A stretch of 64,000 nucleotides of DNA from an uncultured Verrucomicrobiae bacterium (GTDB taxonomy: Bacteria > Verrucomicrobiota > Verrucomicrobiia > Chthoniobacterales > JAFAMB01). Every line of letters starts with the position of its first letter. Within the stretch, counting starts at the first letter, position 1. The stretch lies in NCBI GenBank assembly GCA_963837955.1, contig CAWIPH010000002.1:2304001-2368000 (forward strand). Direction: 5' to 3'. Under the pieces are notes generated by a model, which was not told the DNA's origin, searched no databases, and was given only the letters and a program-made list of their open reading frames with translations. Shown here in pieces: positions 50,820 through 59,516 of the stretch. A program made the position numbers and the translations under genes.

Positions 50820-51275
50820 ATGCGACCCAGTCTATTCTTGCGCGCCGCTTCGGTTCTCACAATGCTTCACTGTATTGGCCATACCGTGGGGGGAGTATTC
50901 AGTGTTGATGCCGCGCCGACGCCAGAAGAAGCCGCTGTAATCACAGCAATGAAATCTCATCGGTTTGAGGTGATGGGATCAATGCGATCTTTTTGGGATT
51001 TCTTTTTTGGATACGGACTATTCATCAGCATCAATTTCCTGGTGCAAGCGGTGCTGTTTTGGCAGCTAGCTTCGCTTGCTAAGAGAGGCCTCAAAGAGAT
51101 TCGGCCAATCATCGCTTGCTTCTTCTTGGCTTATATTGGATTCGCCATTCTGGCCTGGAACTATTTCTTTGTCCTTCCAGCAATCGAGGAGGTCTTGATC
51201 GCGAGTTGTCTCGGATTGGCATACATAACCGCTCAATGGGGGAGGCAACCGACAGCGCTGCGCAAAGTAGCCTGA
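50820..51275 (+). CDS. Hypothetical 4-TM membrane protein
   Basis: Four hydrophobic segments; HCIGHT and RSFWDFFFGYG segments. Confidence 0.78.
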   Translation: MRPSLFLRAASVLTMLHCIGHTVGGVFSVDAAPTPEEAAVITAMKSHRFEVMGSMRSFWDFFFGYGLFISINFLVQAVLFWQLASLAKRGLKEIRPIIACFFLAYIGFAILAWNYFFVLPAIEEVLIASCLGLAYITAQWGRQPTALRKVA

Positions 51276-51491
51276 TGTTTCCTCCTTCGTTCTCCCGCAA
51301 CCCCATAACTTCGGCGGACTAGCCAGCCTCAGGAACGGTTTGATGGAGAGGTGATTAGTGATCGGTGATTGGTGAGAGGGTGACAGATTTTCTGCCGAGG
51401 GCTTGCCGATAGGCATCCGCCGATCACATCTCACCAATCACCTCTCACAGTCGCAGCTGCCGAGGTTCCTGAGCCAGGAGGATCAGGCTAC
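51267..51491. repeat. GTAG-type REPIN homologous to 447-646, left arm interrupted by a ~43-bp element
   Basis: GTAGCCTGATGTT[51280-51322]CCAGCCTCAGGA ... TCCTGAGCCAGGAGGATCAGGCTAC. Confidence 0.83.
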
Positions 51492-51509
51492 GCCGCGAGG
51501 ACTGCTCCG

Positions 51510-52622
51510 CTACAAAATTAAATTCAGATCGCCAAATTCGTGCCAGAGATAACGGCGTTGGATCGCTTCATTGTACGCCGCATAGATCGTCTGTGGCGGA
51601 ACAAAGGCTGCGAGCAAGTCAAGATGGCTCGCTTCCGGTTCGTGCAAGCCGGTGAGCAGACCGTTCACGACCTGGAGTCGGTAGCCCGCGGTGATGCGGA
51701 GTCGCGTGTATCGATGGCAAGCTCTGACGCTCCCGCCGGATTCTGCCGTGACTGACTCCAAGGCACGCACAACGGTCGTACCAACAGCCACAATTCGTCG
51801 ACCGGAGTGTCTTGCCCGCTGAATTTTCCCGGCTGCCTCTTCGCTAACCCAGTACTCTTCCTCGGAGGCGAGATGTTGACCATCCAATTCGTTGTCCAGA
51901 TACGAAGATAGACCCGTATGCAAGGTGATCGCGGCGGTCTCCACGCCGCTTCGGCGCAATTGCAGGAGAAGCCGCCAAGTGAAAGCGCGGCCTGCGCTCG
52001 GCATCTCTGAAGCGCCGGGCTGCAGCGCATAAACGTTTTGGTAATAACTTAAGCGCCAAGGCGCAGAGAGATAACGGTATCGGATCGGCTGTCCTATGCG
52101 ATAAACCAGATCAAGGAACTCAGTTCCGCTCTTGGAAAATCGCAGTCGCCAAAGGCGCGGAATCCGTTGGTCACGATCAAGCACCTCGGAGCTAAGATCT
52201 CGCCCAAAATCCAGTACCAATCCTTTAGTCAGGATTTTCTCCGCATCGTTTTGGATTGATGGAAAGACGAGGAGAGCGAGCCACGTGCCATCCGGCAACA
52301 ACTCAGCTAAACGGACCTCAATCGACAACCTCAAATGTCTAACGGTACCGGTCAAAGTGGCAGGGAGCGTTCGGCTGGAATTAAACACCAACAAATCGCC
52401 AGGATGTAAGAATTCGATGATTCGGTCGAAGCGAGTGTGCGTAAATGTGTCTGATTTGCGGTCAATCATTAATAACCGGACTCGATCACGTGCCACCCCG
52501 CGACGCTCCGGCGGTCGATCGGCATTCAGTTCCGGCGGTAAATGAAAGGAGGATGCTCGGCCGATCGGCGCCGGTTTTGATATCCTGTTTTTGATCGAAG
52601 GCAGACCAGGCGGAAGAAGCAT
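51510..52622 (-). CDS. QueA-like protein (SAM:tRNA ribosyltransferase-isomerase family, divergent subgroup)
   Basis: GDLLVFNSSRTLPA, VAVGTTVVRALE, ITLHTG and WHEFGD motifs; GASEMPSAGRAFT replaces the canonical GAVAAPTAGLHF. Confidence 0.85.
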   Translation of the reverse strand: MLLPPGLPSIKNRISKPAPIGRASSFHLPPELNADRPPERRGVARDRVRLLMIDRKSDTFTHTRFDRIIEFLHPGDLLVFNSSRTLPATLTGTVRHLRLSIEVRLAELLPDGTWLALLVFPSIQNDAEKILTKGLVLDFGRDLSSEVLDRDQRIPRLWRLRFSKSGTEFLDLVYRIGQPIRYRYLSAPWRLSYYQNVYALQPGASEMPSAGRAFTWRLLLQLRRSGVETAAITLHTGLSSYLDNELDGQHLASEEEYWVSEEAAGKIQRARHSGRRIVAVGTTVVRALESVTAESGGSVRACHRYTRLRITAGYRLQVVNGLLTGLHEPEASHLDLLAAFVPPQTIYAAYNEAIQRRYLWHEFGDLNLIL

Positions 52623-52625
52623 GGG

Positions 52626-53378
52626 TCACCCTTTCACTACGGCTTTTCGCCAATTGGACTGCGCCTCCAGACGCTGACCCCGAACGTGCTCGCCAGCTTC
52701 CGAAGCTAGAAAAACAAAGAGGTCGGTTACTGTGGCAGGATCCGCCCAAGCGCCTGGATCTTCATTTGGCTCGGCGTCCCGATGCATGGCCGTATTCATG
52801 TTTCCTGGATCAACCCAATTCACCCGCACCGGTGTTTCTGCCAACTCGGCAGCCCAAGTCTGCGACAGTCCTTCCAAGCCGAATTTGCTGATGCCGTAGG
52901 CGCCCCAACCGGGATATCCGACTCGACCAGCGTCACTCGTGACGTTAATGATCGATCCGCCGCGTTCGATCATTGCCGCGAGCAGATTTTGAATCAACAG
53001 AAACGGTCCCATCAGGTTAACGTTCAGCACCTGCTGGAAATCGTCGGCTGGGTAGTCCAACAAATAAGGCATTGGCACTGGCCCAAGGGTGGAAGCATTA
53101 TTAACTAAGATATCCAATTGGCCGCCGGACGCCTCTACCGTCACCGCTGCGACGCGTTCGACGTCTGCGGTTGAACCCAGATCAGCCTGAATAATTACTG
53201 TATTTACGGCCGGTGCGATCCCGCTAATCTCCGATTTCAATTTTTCTAAGGCTTCGCGTCCCCGAGCCACTAAGGAAAGACCCCGGACCCCTTCACGTGC
53301 GTATGCCAGCGCCAATTCCCGACCAAGTCCCTGCGAGGCACCGGTAATAAGTGCAAACCTATGAGATAATAGTTTCAT
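52626..53378 (-). CDS. SDR family oxidoreductase
   Basis: TGASQGLG, NNAS, YGISK and DPGNMNT motifs; start at MKLLSH with RBS GTGAGG. Confidence 0.92.
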   Translation of the reverse strand: MKLLSHRFALITGASQGLGRELALAYAREGVRGLSLVARGREALEKLKSEISGIAPAVNTVIIQADLGSTADVERVAAVTVEASGGQLDILVNNASTLGPVPMPYLLDYPADDFQQVLNVNLMGPFLLIQNLLAAMIERGGSIINVTSDAGRVGYPGWGAYGISKFGLEGLSQTWAAELAETPVRVNWVDPGNMNTAMHRDAEPNEDPGAWADPATVTDLFVFLASEAGEHVRGQRLEAQSNWRKAVVKG

Positions 53379-53470
53379 TGATAACCTCACTGGTGACCCC
53401 CGCGAAGTTGCATTTGGTGCGGGGGCGTTTATTTTAGGAAGTAAGGACTTGGTAAATCCAGCCACTCAAT

Positions 53471-54136
53471 ATGTCAAGGCGAGACTTGGAAAATAGAGAT
53501 CTCGAAAAATTGGCTCCGCCTGATCGGTTGCTTTTCTTGTTGAAAACGAAGGGACCGCAGACGGCTGCAGAACTTGGCCCAAGTCTGCAGATCACTCCCG
53601 AAGCTGTGCGGCAGCAGTTGCTTCGGTTAAGTGACGAGGGATTGGTTTTAGCGACATCGGAGGTACGTGGGGTGGGACGGCCGGCCCAGGTTTATCATCT
53701 CGCGCCGGCGGCGCAAAAGCGTTTCCCGGACGCGCATGCGGAGCTCACAGCCCAACTCATCGGCGAGATCAGAGACGTGTTGGGTGAGGGTGCTTTGGAG
53801 AAATTGATTCACGTGCGTGAAACCGGAACGCGTAAACGGTATGAAGCACTAATAGCCGACGAACCGTCTTTGGCGAAAAGAGTGGCCCGGCTGGCCGAAG
53901 TCCGAAACAAAGAAGGGTATATGGCAACTTGGGAGAAGGAGGGCGATAGTTACCTTTTGGTGGAAAACCATTGCCCAATCTGTGCGGCGGCGGCGGCGTG
54001 TACGGGCTTTTGCCGTTCAGAACAATCAATCTTCGAACATGTATTAGGTCGTAACGTTCGGGTTGAGCGGATTGAGCATCTTTTGGCTGGCGCCCGGCGT
54101 TGCGCGTATCGGATCACGAAAAAAGCCACGAAATAA
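53471..54136 (+). CDS. Winged-HTH regulator with Cys-rich C-terminus (COG2345/SufR-like)
   Basis: EAVRQQL, GVGRP, FPDAH, ENHCPIC...C...FCRSE and RRCAY motifs. Confidence 0.88.
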   Translation: MSRRDLENRDLEKLAPPDRLLFLLKTKGPQTAAELGPSLQITPEAVRQQLLRLSDEGLVLATSEVRGVGRPAQVYHLAPAAQKRFPDAHAELTAQLIGEIRDVLGEGALEKLIHVRETGTRKRYEALIADEPSLAKRVARLAEVRNKEGYMATWEKEGDSYLLVENHCPICAAAAACTGFCRSEQSIFEHVLGRNVRVERIEHLLAGARRCAYRITKKATK

Positions 54137-54334
54137 GCGCGAATAGGCCCGTACAACGTTCTCCGATCATTCGTGCCCATTGGCAGCCCGACTCCGCAAA
54201 GCCTGTGTCGCGGCCGGCTCTGTCGTGCTCCTCAAAATGCATTGCTAGGGCGCGCCGGAGTCTGCGAAGGCGGCGCGTCCGCCATAGCTTTTTTCAGCAA
54301 CGATTAGTAGTTCGAAATAACCAATTTTGATTGA

Positions 54335-54919
54335 CTATTCGTGCAGACTTCCGGCTATTGGTTCGCCTATTTCGAATTCCGTAAACTCGACCTTGAATCC
54401 CTCTCGCTCAGGGGAGCAGCACATCAGGCCGACCAGAGTATCGTTGGATTCTGGCAAATAGGCGAGCCGGAGCATCGGAAAAGAAACACCGTCAACGGAA
54501 TATTGCATCCGGATCGCGTTACCCCGCCTGGTTAGCCGCAACCAAATCGGACCCCGAAAATCAATCGGTAGCAAAGACCAATCTGAAAAATCGCGGGTAA
54601 CCACCGCAGAAAAATGAGGTGATCCATCCGTATATTCGACTCCGGCTTTGATCCAGTTGGCATGATCTAAACGGACCATTATTCCCGCTTGATCATAAAG
54701 CGCATCATATTGGGCCTCTATCCTGACTTGGACCGTGAAGTCTCCGCCTCTTTTTTCATAATAAAAGTGTCCATTGTCCCGAACGAAGCCGTAGTGGGTA
54801 ATTCGCCAGAAATCCGTCTTTGCACCAGTAGCGACCTGCAGCCGCCCCTGATCAGCTTTCCAAATTGGAGGTTCATTCAACCATTGCATCAACCCACTCT
54901 CAGACACGAATGCATCCAA
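54335..54919 (-). CDS. DUF1349 family protein
   Basis: WLNEP, TDFWRITHYGF, YDQAG, WIKAGVEY and CSPEREG motifs. Confidence 0.88.
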   Translation of the reverse strand: MDAFVSESGLMQWLNEPPIWKADQGRLQVATGAKTDFWRITHYGFVRDNGHFYYEKRGGDFTVQVRIEAQYDALYDQAGIMVRLDHANWIKAGVEYTDGSPHFSAVVTRDFSDWSLLPIDFRGPIWLRLTRRGNAIRMQYSVDGVSFPMLRLAYLPESNDTLVGLMCCSPEREGFKVEFTEFEIGEPIAGSLHE

Positions 54920-55027
54920 ATAAAAGAGAAACTCTAATCAACCGCGAACGGATCGGCCTTCGCTGTGCTGGAGCGAATAAACGGTGCCGCGAGGCAAATC
55001 GATCGATTGCGGCTTTACCCACGACGG

Positions 55028-55160
55028 GTAGGGCGAAACAGTCCGGCAGGATGCGCGTGGCAGGGCGATATGATCAAGCGCCGGACTGTGAGCCTGGACC
55101 GCCACACGTTTGGCTCACACGCCTTATTTCGCTGTCGCTCAACGGCGTGTTTCGCCCTAC
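55028..55160. repeat. GTAG-type REPIN-like doublet
   Basis: GTAGGGCGAAACA ... TGTTTCGCCCTAC; uninterrupted homolog of 34551-34806. Confidence 0.85.
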
Positions 55161-55182
55161 CCGTCTTGGATTGGCAGAGACC

Positions 55183-55503
55183 TTATCGCGCTTCGCCGTC
55201 CGAGCCGTACACCACGTCGTAGTGTGTCGCAAAATCATCAAACTCGGTCAATACGGCTCTCGCTTCGGGCGCCACGACCGCAGTATTCGGATCGTTTCCG
55301 GCAAATTTTTTGATCACCTCCATCGAGTCCCAAAGCGTCGCGGCAAGGAATTCGACGTGATCGTCAATCTCCCGGCGTAACAGGTATGCGCCCCGATGCC
55401 CAGGGAGATTCGTTAATTTCGGAAACACGTCGGTCGTGACGTGTCGATGGTATGCGTCAGCATCCGCACTGGTGGCTTTTCCTCTCCAAATACGAGCGAT
55501 CAT
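55183..55503 (-). CDS. Antibiotic-biosynthesis-monooxygenase-like (dimeric alpha/beta barrel) protein
   Basis: MIARIWRG...PGHRGAYLLRR...WDSMEVIKKFAG...HYDV; start corrected to 55503. Confidence 0.85.
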   Translation of the reverse strand: MIARIWRGKATSADADAYHRHVTTDVFPKLTNLPGHRGAYLLRREIDDHVEFLAATLWDSMEVIKKFAGNDPNTAVVAPEARAVLTEFDDFATHYDVVYGSDGEAR

Positions 55504-55618
55504 AGTTTGACTAGGTACATACCCAAAAATGCTTTGTTGTCCGATGGGAATCTCGACGCCCTCTGCCACCTGTTGCCGCCAAGCCGACGAATCCGTTCGG
55601 CAATTATAGAGGGTGCCA

Positions 55619-57199
55619 TTACGAATTCGAACCGAGTGCTTTCCTGACTCCCTGGTCAAGCTGCGGGAGGGTCGGCCGTCGTTCCATCCAGCCGACGTGC
55701 CCATCTGGCCGGACCAACGCCGCCATGCCCCACGAGGCATTCCAAGTTCCCCATAGCGGATCCGAAGCCGCATATGCGCCATCCGTCTTCGGTGCCTTCG
55801 GGGAAGCGATTACTATGACTTTGAGGTCGTTAATATTTTGAAAATGTTTTTTGATGCGATCCGGGTCCCAACTAGGCAGCCGTCCGTCATCAAAGAGTAA
55901 CAACACCGGTTGCGGACCGGCCAGATCGAGGAGCCGTAAGCGGCTTTCATCGGGCGCAGTCAATTCGCCATCTGGAGCGCGTCGACCGACCCAGTGACCA
56001 TGTCCGGACAGAATGGGCGATCGCGAGTAGGCGGTATCAAGCATCCCCATTTTTGGTGCGATCAAAGAAATCAGTCCAACCCGGGGAAGGAAACGTGCCA
56101 GTGTGCCAGTTATGTTGCGGACGAACTCGGAAGCACCGATTCCATAGCGCGTCAGCAGATCGGTGTAGCGATCGACGCTCTTCAGTATGGTCTCACGCCT
56201 TTCGGTTTCGTACGAGGTCAATAACGATTCAGCATCGGCGCCGGCGAGCGCTCGAGCTAGTTTCCAAGCCAGATTATGTGCGTCTTGGATGCCACTATTC
56301 ATGCCTTGACCGCCCGCCGGACTATTGATGTGGGCGGCATCGCCCGCCAGCATGACACGACCCTGGCGAAAGTGCGGACTTGTTCGGCAGTGAATTTGGA
56401 AGACGCTTGACCAAAGCTGCTCGTGAGATCCTTCTCCGAATAGTTGGACAAGCCTGGCGTCAATCGACGCCGGTTCCAAAGCTGCTTGTTCGCTCTCACC
56501 TGGATTAAGCGTGGAGATGATTCGCCAGTGTTGCGGCTGATAACGCAGACCCGCGAGAACACCGGAAACGCCGGGCGCCAGCAGCGGATAAGGAAGTTGA
56601 TCCCTCTCATCCTGAATACGGACATCAGCCAGTAGAATTCGTGTCGGGTAAGTTTTCCCTTCAAGCTCCCATCCTAGCTCTTTGCGAACGATACTGTGGG
56701 CGCCGTCGCAGCCAACTAGAAACCGTCCCCGAAAACTCTTCGCTTCTCCGTTGGCGTTTTGGACGTCGACCAAAACTCCTTCGTTGTCCTGTTGAAAGCG
56801 AGTGACCTTATGTCCGAGCAGCACCTCGGTGTGACCAGCAGATTTCACCGACTCGAGTAACAGTGCCTCGGTCCGATTCTGGGGTAGAACTAAGATACCA
56901 CTGGCGGCGCTGATCTTGTTAAGAACACTCAAATCCGCCTCGAACGCCGGGTTGGGACGACGAGCAACCCACATTCGTATTTTGCTAAGCAATTCCCCTT
57001 CAGAAACAAAGCGGTCGTAAACACCCCAATCCCGGAATATCTCCAAGGTCCGCGGCAGGATGCCCAGTGCACGGGAGTGTGGATCAATTTCTAGCTTGGT
57101 CTCAAACAAGATGGAACGAACGTTTTGTTGCGCCAAGCCTAAAGCCAGAGCTAATCCGACCGGACCTCCTCCGACGATCAGAATAGGTGTTTCGTCCAT
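55619..57199 (-). CDS. FAD-dependent monooxygenase (PheA/TfdB/aromatic hydroxylase family)
   Basis: GGGPVG, GCDGAHS, GDAAHINSPAGGQGMNSG and VRPDGHV motifs. Confidence 0.94.
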   Translation of the reverse strand: MDETPILIVGGGPVGLALALGLAQQNVRSILFETKLEIDPHSRALGILPRTLEIFRDWGVYDRFVSEGELLSKIRMWVARRPNPAFEADLSVLNKISAASGILVLPQNRTEALLLESVKSAGHTEVLLGHKVTRFQQDNEGVLVDVQNANGEAKSFRGRFLVGCDGAHSIVRKELGWELEGKTYPTRILLADVRIQDERDQLPYPLLAPGVSGVLAGLRYQPQHWRIISTLNPGESEQAALEPASIDARLVQLFGEGSHEQLWSSVFQIHCRTSPHFRQGRVMLAGDAAHINSPAGGQGMNSGIQDAHNLAWKLARALAGADAESLLTSYETERRETILKSVDRYTDLLTRYGIGASEFVRNITGTLARFLPRVGLISLIAPKMGMLDTAYSRSPILSGHGHWVGRRAPDGELTAPDESRLRLLDLAGPQPVLLLFDDGRLPSWDPDRIKKHFQNINDLKVIVIASPKAPKTDGAYAASDPLWGTWNASWGMAALVRPDGHVGWMERRPTLPQLDQGVRKALGSNS

Positions 57200-57292
57200 G
57201 GTTTAAGTAACGTCGAACCAACCGGGGTAACCTTCAACTCTGTCGCTAGTTCAACTTTACCCAGGGTTTCGTCCCTGATACAGATTGCTGCT

Positions 57293-57628
57293 ATGAGCCG
57301 CGTTGATCTTCGGCTTCGTGATTTGCGGAATGTTGGCAAGGCAACCCTGGCGGATCTGCACCTGCTGGGAATCCAAACCGTCGCAGAGCTGGCCCGCCAG
57401 CAACCGACCAAATTGTTGCATCGCCTGGAAGAGATGACTGGGACACGTCAGGACCCGTGTGTTTGGGATGTCTTCTCCGCAATTATTCACCAAGCGAAAA
57501 GTGGCGAAAGTTCGGATTGGTGGAGCTGGACACCGAAACGCAAACACTTGCAAGAGCGTGGGCAATTCAAGCATGCGACTGTGGGCCGCGGCGCGAGAAG
57601 CGAAGCGGCGTCGCGCAGACGCAACTAA
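57293..57628 (+). CDS. Helix-hairpin-helix protein, Cdd1/mitomycin-resistance-like
   Basis: LRDLRNVGKATLADLHLLGI, DPCVWDVF and WWSWT motifs. Confidence 0.8.
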   Translation: MSRVDLRLRDLRNVGKATLADLHLLGIQTVAELARQQPTKLLHRLEEMTGTRQDPCVWDVFSAIIHQAKSGESSDWWSWTPKRKHLQERGQFKHATVGRGARSEAASRRRN

Positions 57629-57835
57629 AACGGGCTGAGCGTTTCGGTCGCGGCTACTATCCCGTTTCGCTCGAACTAAAAGCTAGCGCAGGCTGCCGAA
57701 TAGCATCACCGCGAAACGCAGTCGCCGCCGCTCGGAAGCACCCATGCCCTATCTCCATCGAGTTCGCCGCCCGGCAGCGAGAACGACGAAGACTTGTGGT
57801 AGCGGCTTCCCGGCGCTGCTACTTTCTGTGCGCCT

Positions 57836-58981
57836 ATGAATTATTCCAAGGTGCTAACCGATGCAGAAAATGGCGTTTCGCTCAAGGAGTGGAGTCTGGA
57901 CCCACGGGAGACCGGGGACGCATCCGGAAGGTGGAGTGTCAGCAAGAAGACATTGAGCGGAGGGCGACAAGAGGGGGTTGAAGTTATTCAGGTCGATAAC
58001 GGTCTTTTCCGGTTCACCGTTGTCCCAAGTCGTGGGTTCAACATCTGGGAAGCACACGCAGGAAACACTCGTCTTGGCTGGGACTCGCCGGTTCGGGAGA
58101 TTGTGCATCCGCAATTCGTTAACTTAGCGGATAGGGGTGGACTCGGTTGGCTCGCTGGCTTTGGCGAGTTTGTTTCGCGCTGCGGTCTGGAGTCAATGGG
58201 GGCGCCTTGTATCGATGGCAATACGCCACTCGGCCTCCATGGGCGAATCAACTACTTACCGGCTAGTCGTGTCGAAGTACGATTCGAAGACGAGCCGACG
58301 CCACAACTCGTTCTCCGCGCGGTGGTCGATGAAACTATGATGTTCGGCCCGCAATTGCGGCTTTCGGCCGAGATTTCTACCGAAATAGGAAAACCGGAAA
58401 TTAGGTTGAATGACGGTGTCACTAATTTGGGCGATTCGCCTCAGGAATTTGAAACGCTTTATCATATCAATTTTGGTCCACCTTTGCTTGGCGCCGGCTC
58501 ACGGTTTATTGCGCCGGTCAAGACCGTGGCTCCGCGTGACAAGCGAGCAGCCGAAGGTATCGATGGGTGGAATCAGTATACCGGCCCTCATGCACTAGGA
58601 TACACGGAGGAGGTTTATCTGATGGAGCTTTGGGGTGATGAACAAGGCCAAACCGAAGCACTCCTCAAATCCCCGGATGGACGGCTCGGGGCGGCGGTTT
58701 CCTTTAGCGTGAAAGAATTACCGTATTTTACTCTTTGGAAAAATGAGGCGCCGCTCCGGAATGGTTATGTAACCGGGCTTGAACCGGCAACCAGCTATCC
58801 CTGTCCGCGACCGTTCGAACGTTCCGCCGGACGGCTGCCTATCTTGGAGGGAGGAGAATCGTATCGAAGCCGAGTTGCGATTCGATTTTTACAGAATGCA
58901 GCCGAAGTAGATCAGGTCGAGACGCGAATAAAGAGTCTCCAACGAGAAGGGGCAGCGATTCAGCGGGCAACGATTTTATAG
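57836..58981 (+). CDS. DUF4432 / aldose 1-epimerase-fold protein
   Basis: GGRQEGV, LGWDSPV, LHGRI, YHINFG and YVTGLEP motifs. Confidence 0.88.
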   Translation: MNYSKVLTDAENGVSLKEWSLDPRETGDASGRWSVSKKTLSGGRQEGVEVIQVDNGLFRFTVVPSRGFNIWEAHAGNTRLGWDSPVREIVHPQFVNLADRGGLGWLAGFGEFVSRCGLESMGAPCIDGNTPLGLHGRINYLPASRVEVRFEDEPTPQLVLRAVVDETMMFGPQLRLSAEISTEIGKPEIRLNDGVTNLGDSPQEFETLYHINFGPPLLGAGSRFIAPVKTVAPRDKRAAEGIDGWNQYTGPHALGYTEEVYLMELWGDEQGQTEALLKSPDGRLGAAVSFSVKELPYFTLWKNEAPLRNGYVTGLEPATSYPCPRPFERSAGRLPILEGGESYRSRVAIRFLQNAAEVDQVETRIKSLQREGAAIQRATIL

Positions 58982-59070
58982 AACTCCGGTCGGGTTCATC
59001 CAACCAGTTGCTCGCGGGGCTCGAGTCTGGATCGGCTTTCTGGCGGAAATTCGATCCAATTAATTACGCC

Positions 59071-59100
59071 TTGACGGATTTGCGGCTTACGAACTACTGT
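59071..59100 (+). promoter_or_regulatory. Sigma70-type promoter candidate
   Basis: TTGACG-N18-TACTGT, ending 9 nt before the leader ATG. Confidence 0.5.
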
Positions 59101-59109
59101 CCGCCATTC

Positions 59110-59184
59110 ATGTCAGTTATCCGGTTTAGTCAACAAATCGGTGTAGTGGTAGCAGTAGGTTACTCGAAGGTACGAGTAGCCTAA
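59110..59184 (+). CDS. Putative Val-rich leader peptide MSVIRFSQQIGVVVAVGYSKVRVA
   Basis: 24 codons with 7 Val (5 GTA), including GTA GTG GTA GCA GTA; forms the 5' arm of a long hairpin. Confidence 0.65.
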   Translation: MSVIRFSQQIGVVVAVGYSKVRVA

Positions 59185-59247
59185 CGCAACTACTGCGCGT
59201 TGACTATTCTGTACCGGATCAGCTCTCTCGTTCGGGAGAGTTAACGC
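59119..59247 (+). promoter_or_regulatory. Putative attenuator (mutually exclusive helices) upstream of aceA
   Basis: Long hairpin 59119-59219 plus hairpin 59221-59242, versus an alternative helix 59197-59205/59239-59247. Confidence 0.65.
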
Positions 59248-59289
59248 CAATCGGCTCACACAACCAATCCAAACCTGTACTCATGATCC

Positions 59290-59514
59290 ATGAACCCTAA
59301 ACTGTCTCTTAACAACTTTACCATGGCGACCTTGGGCGTTGCCCGCGCTGCCTACCAATCATCCGCGGGCTCTTTGGCGCGACCGTCCCGCACCCGGAAA
59401 GACAACCCGGAAGAACAGAGCGGCCCATACCCCGGCATCTGCATTTGTTCGGCTAGCGAATTGCTAGATTTCGGCTTTGAAAATACGGAATTTCTGCAAG
59501 GGAAGGAGGACTGA
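59290..59514 (+). CDS. Possible small protein (74 aa) coupled to aceA
   Basis: Open frame whose stop lies 2 nt before the aceA ATG; no clear RBS and no recognisable family. Confidence 0.3.
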   Translation: MNPKLSLNNFTMATLGVARAAYQSSAGSLARPSRTRKDNPEEQSGPYPGICICSASELLDFGFENTEFLQGKED

Positions 59515-59516
59515 AA

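Noticed and set aside
51510..52622. Assigning the gene symbol queA
   Set aside because: Signature motifs diverge and the context is an SDR rather than tgt.
59110..59247. 6S RNA, SRP RNA or a known riboswitch
   Set aside because: It is too short for 6S and has no large central bubble, it lacks the SRP GGAA-loop motif, and I recognise no aptamer consensus. The Val uORF with alternative helices explains it better. An Rfam scan was not run.
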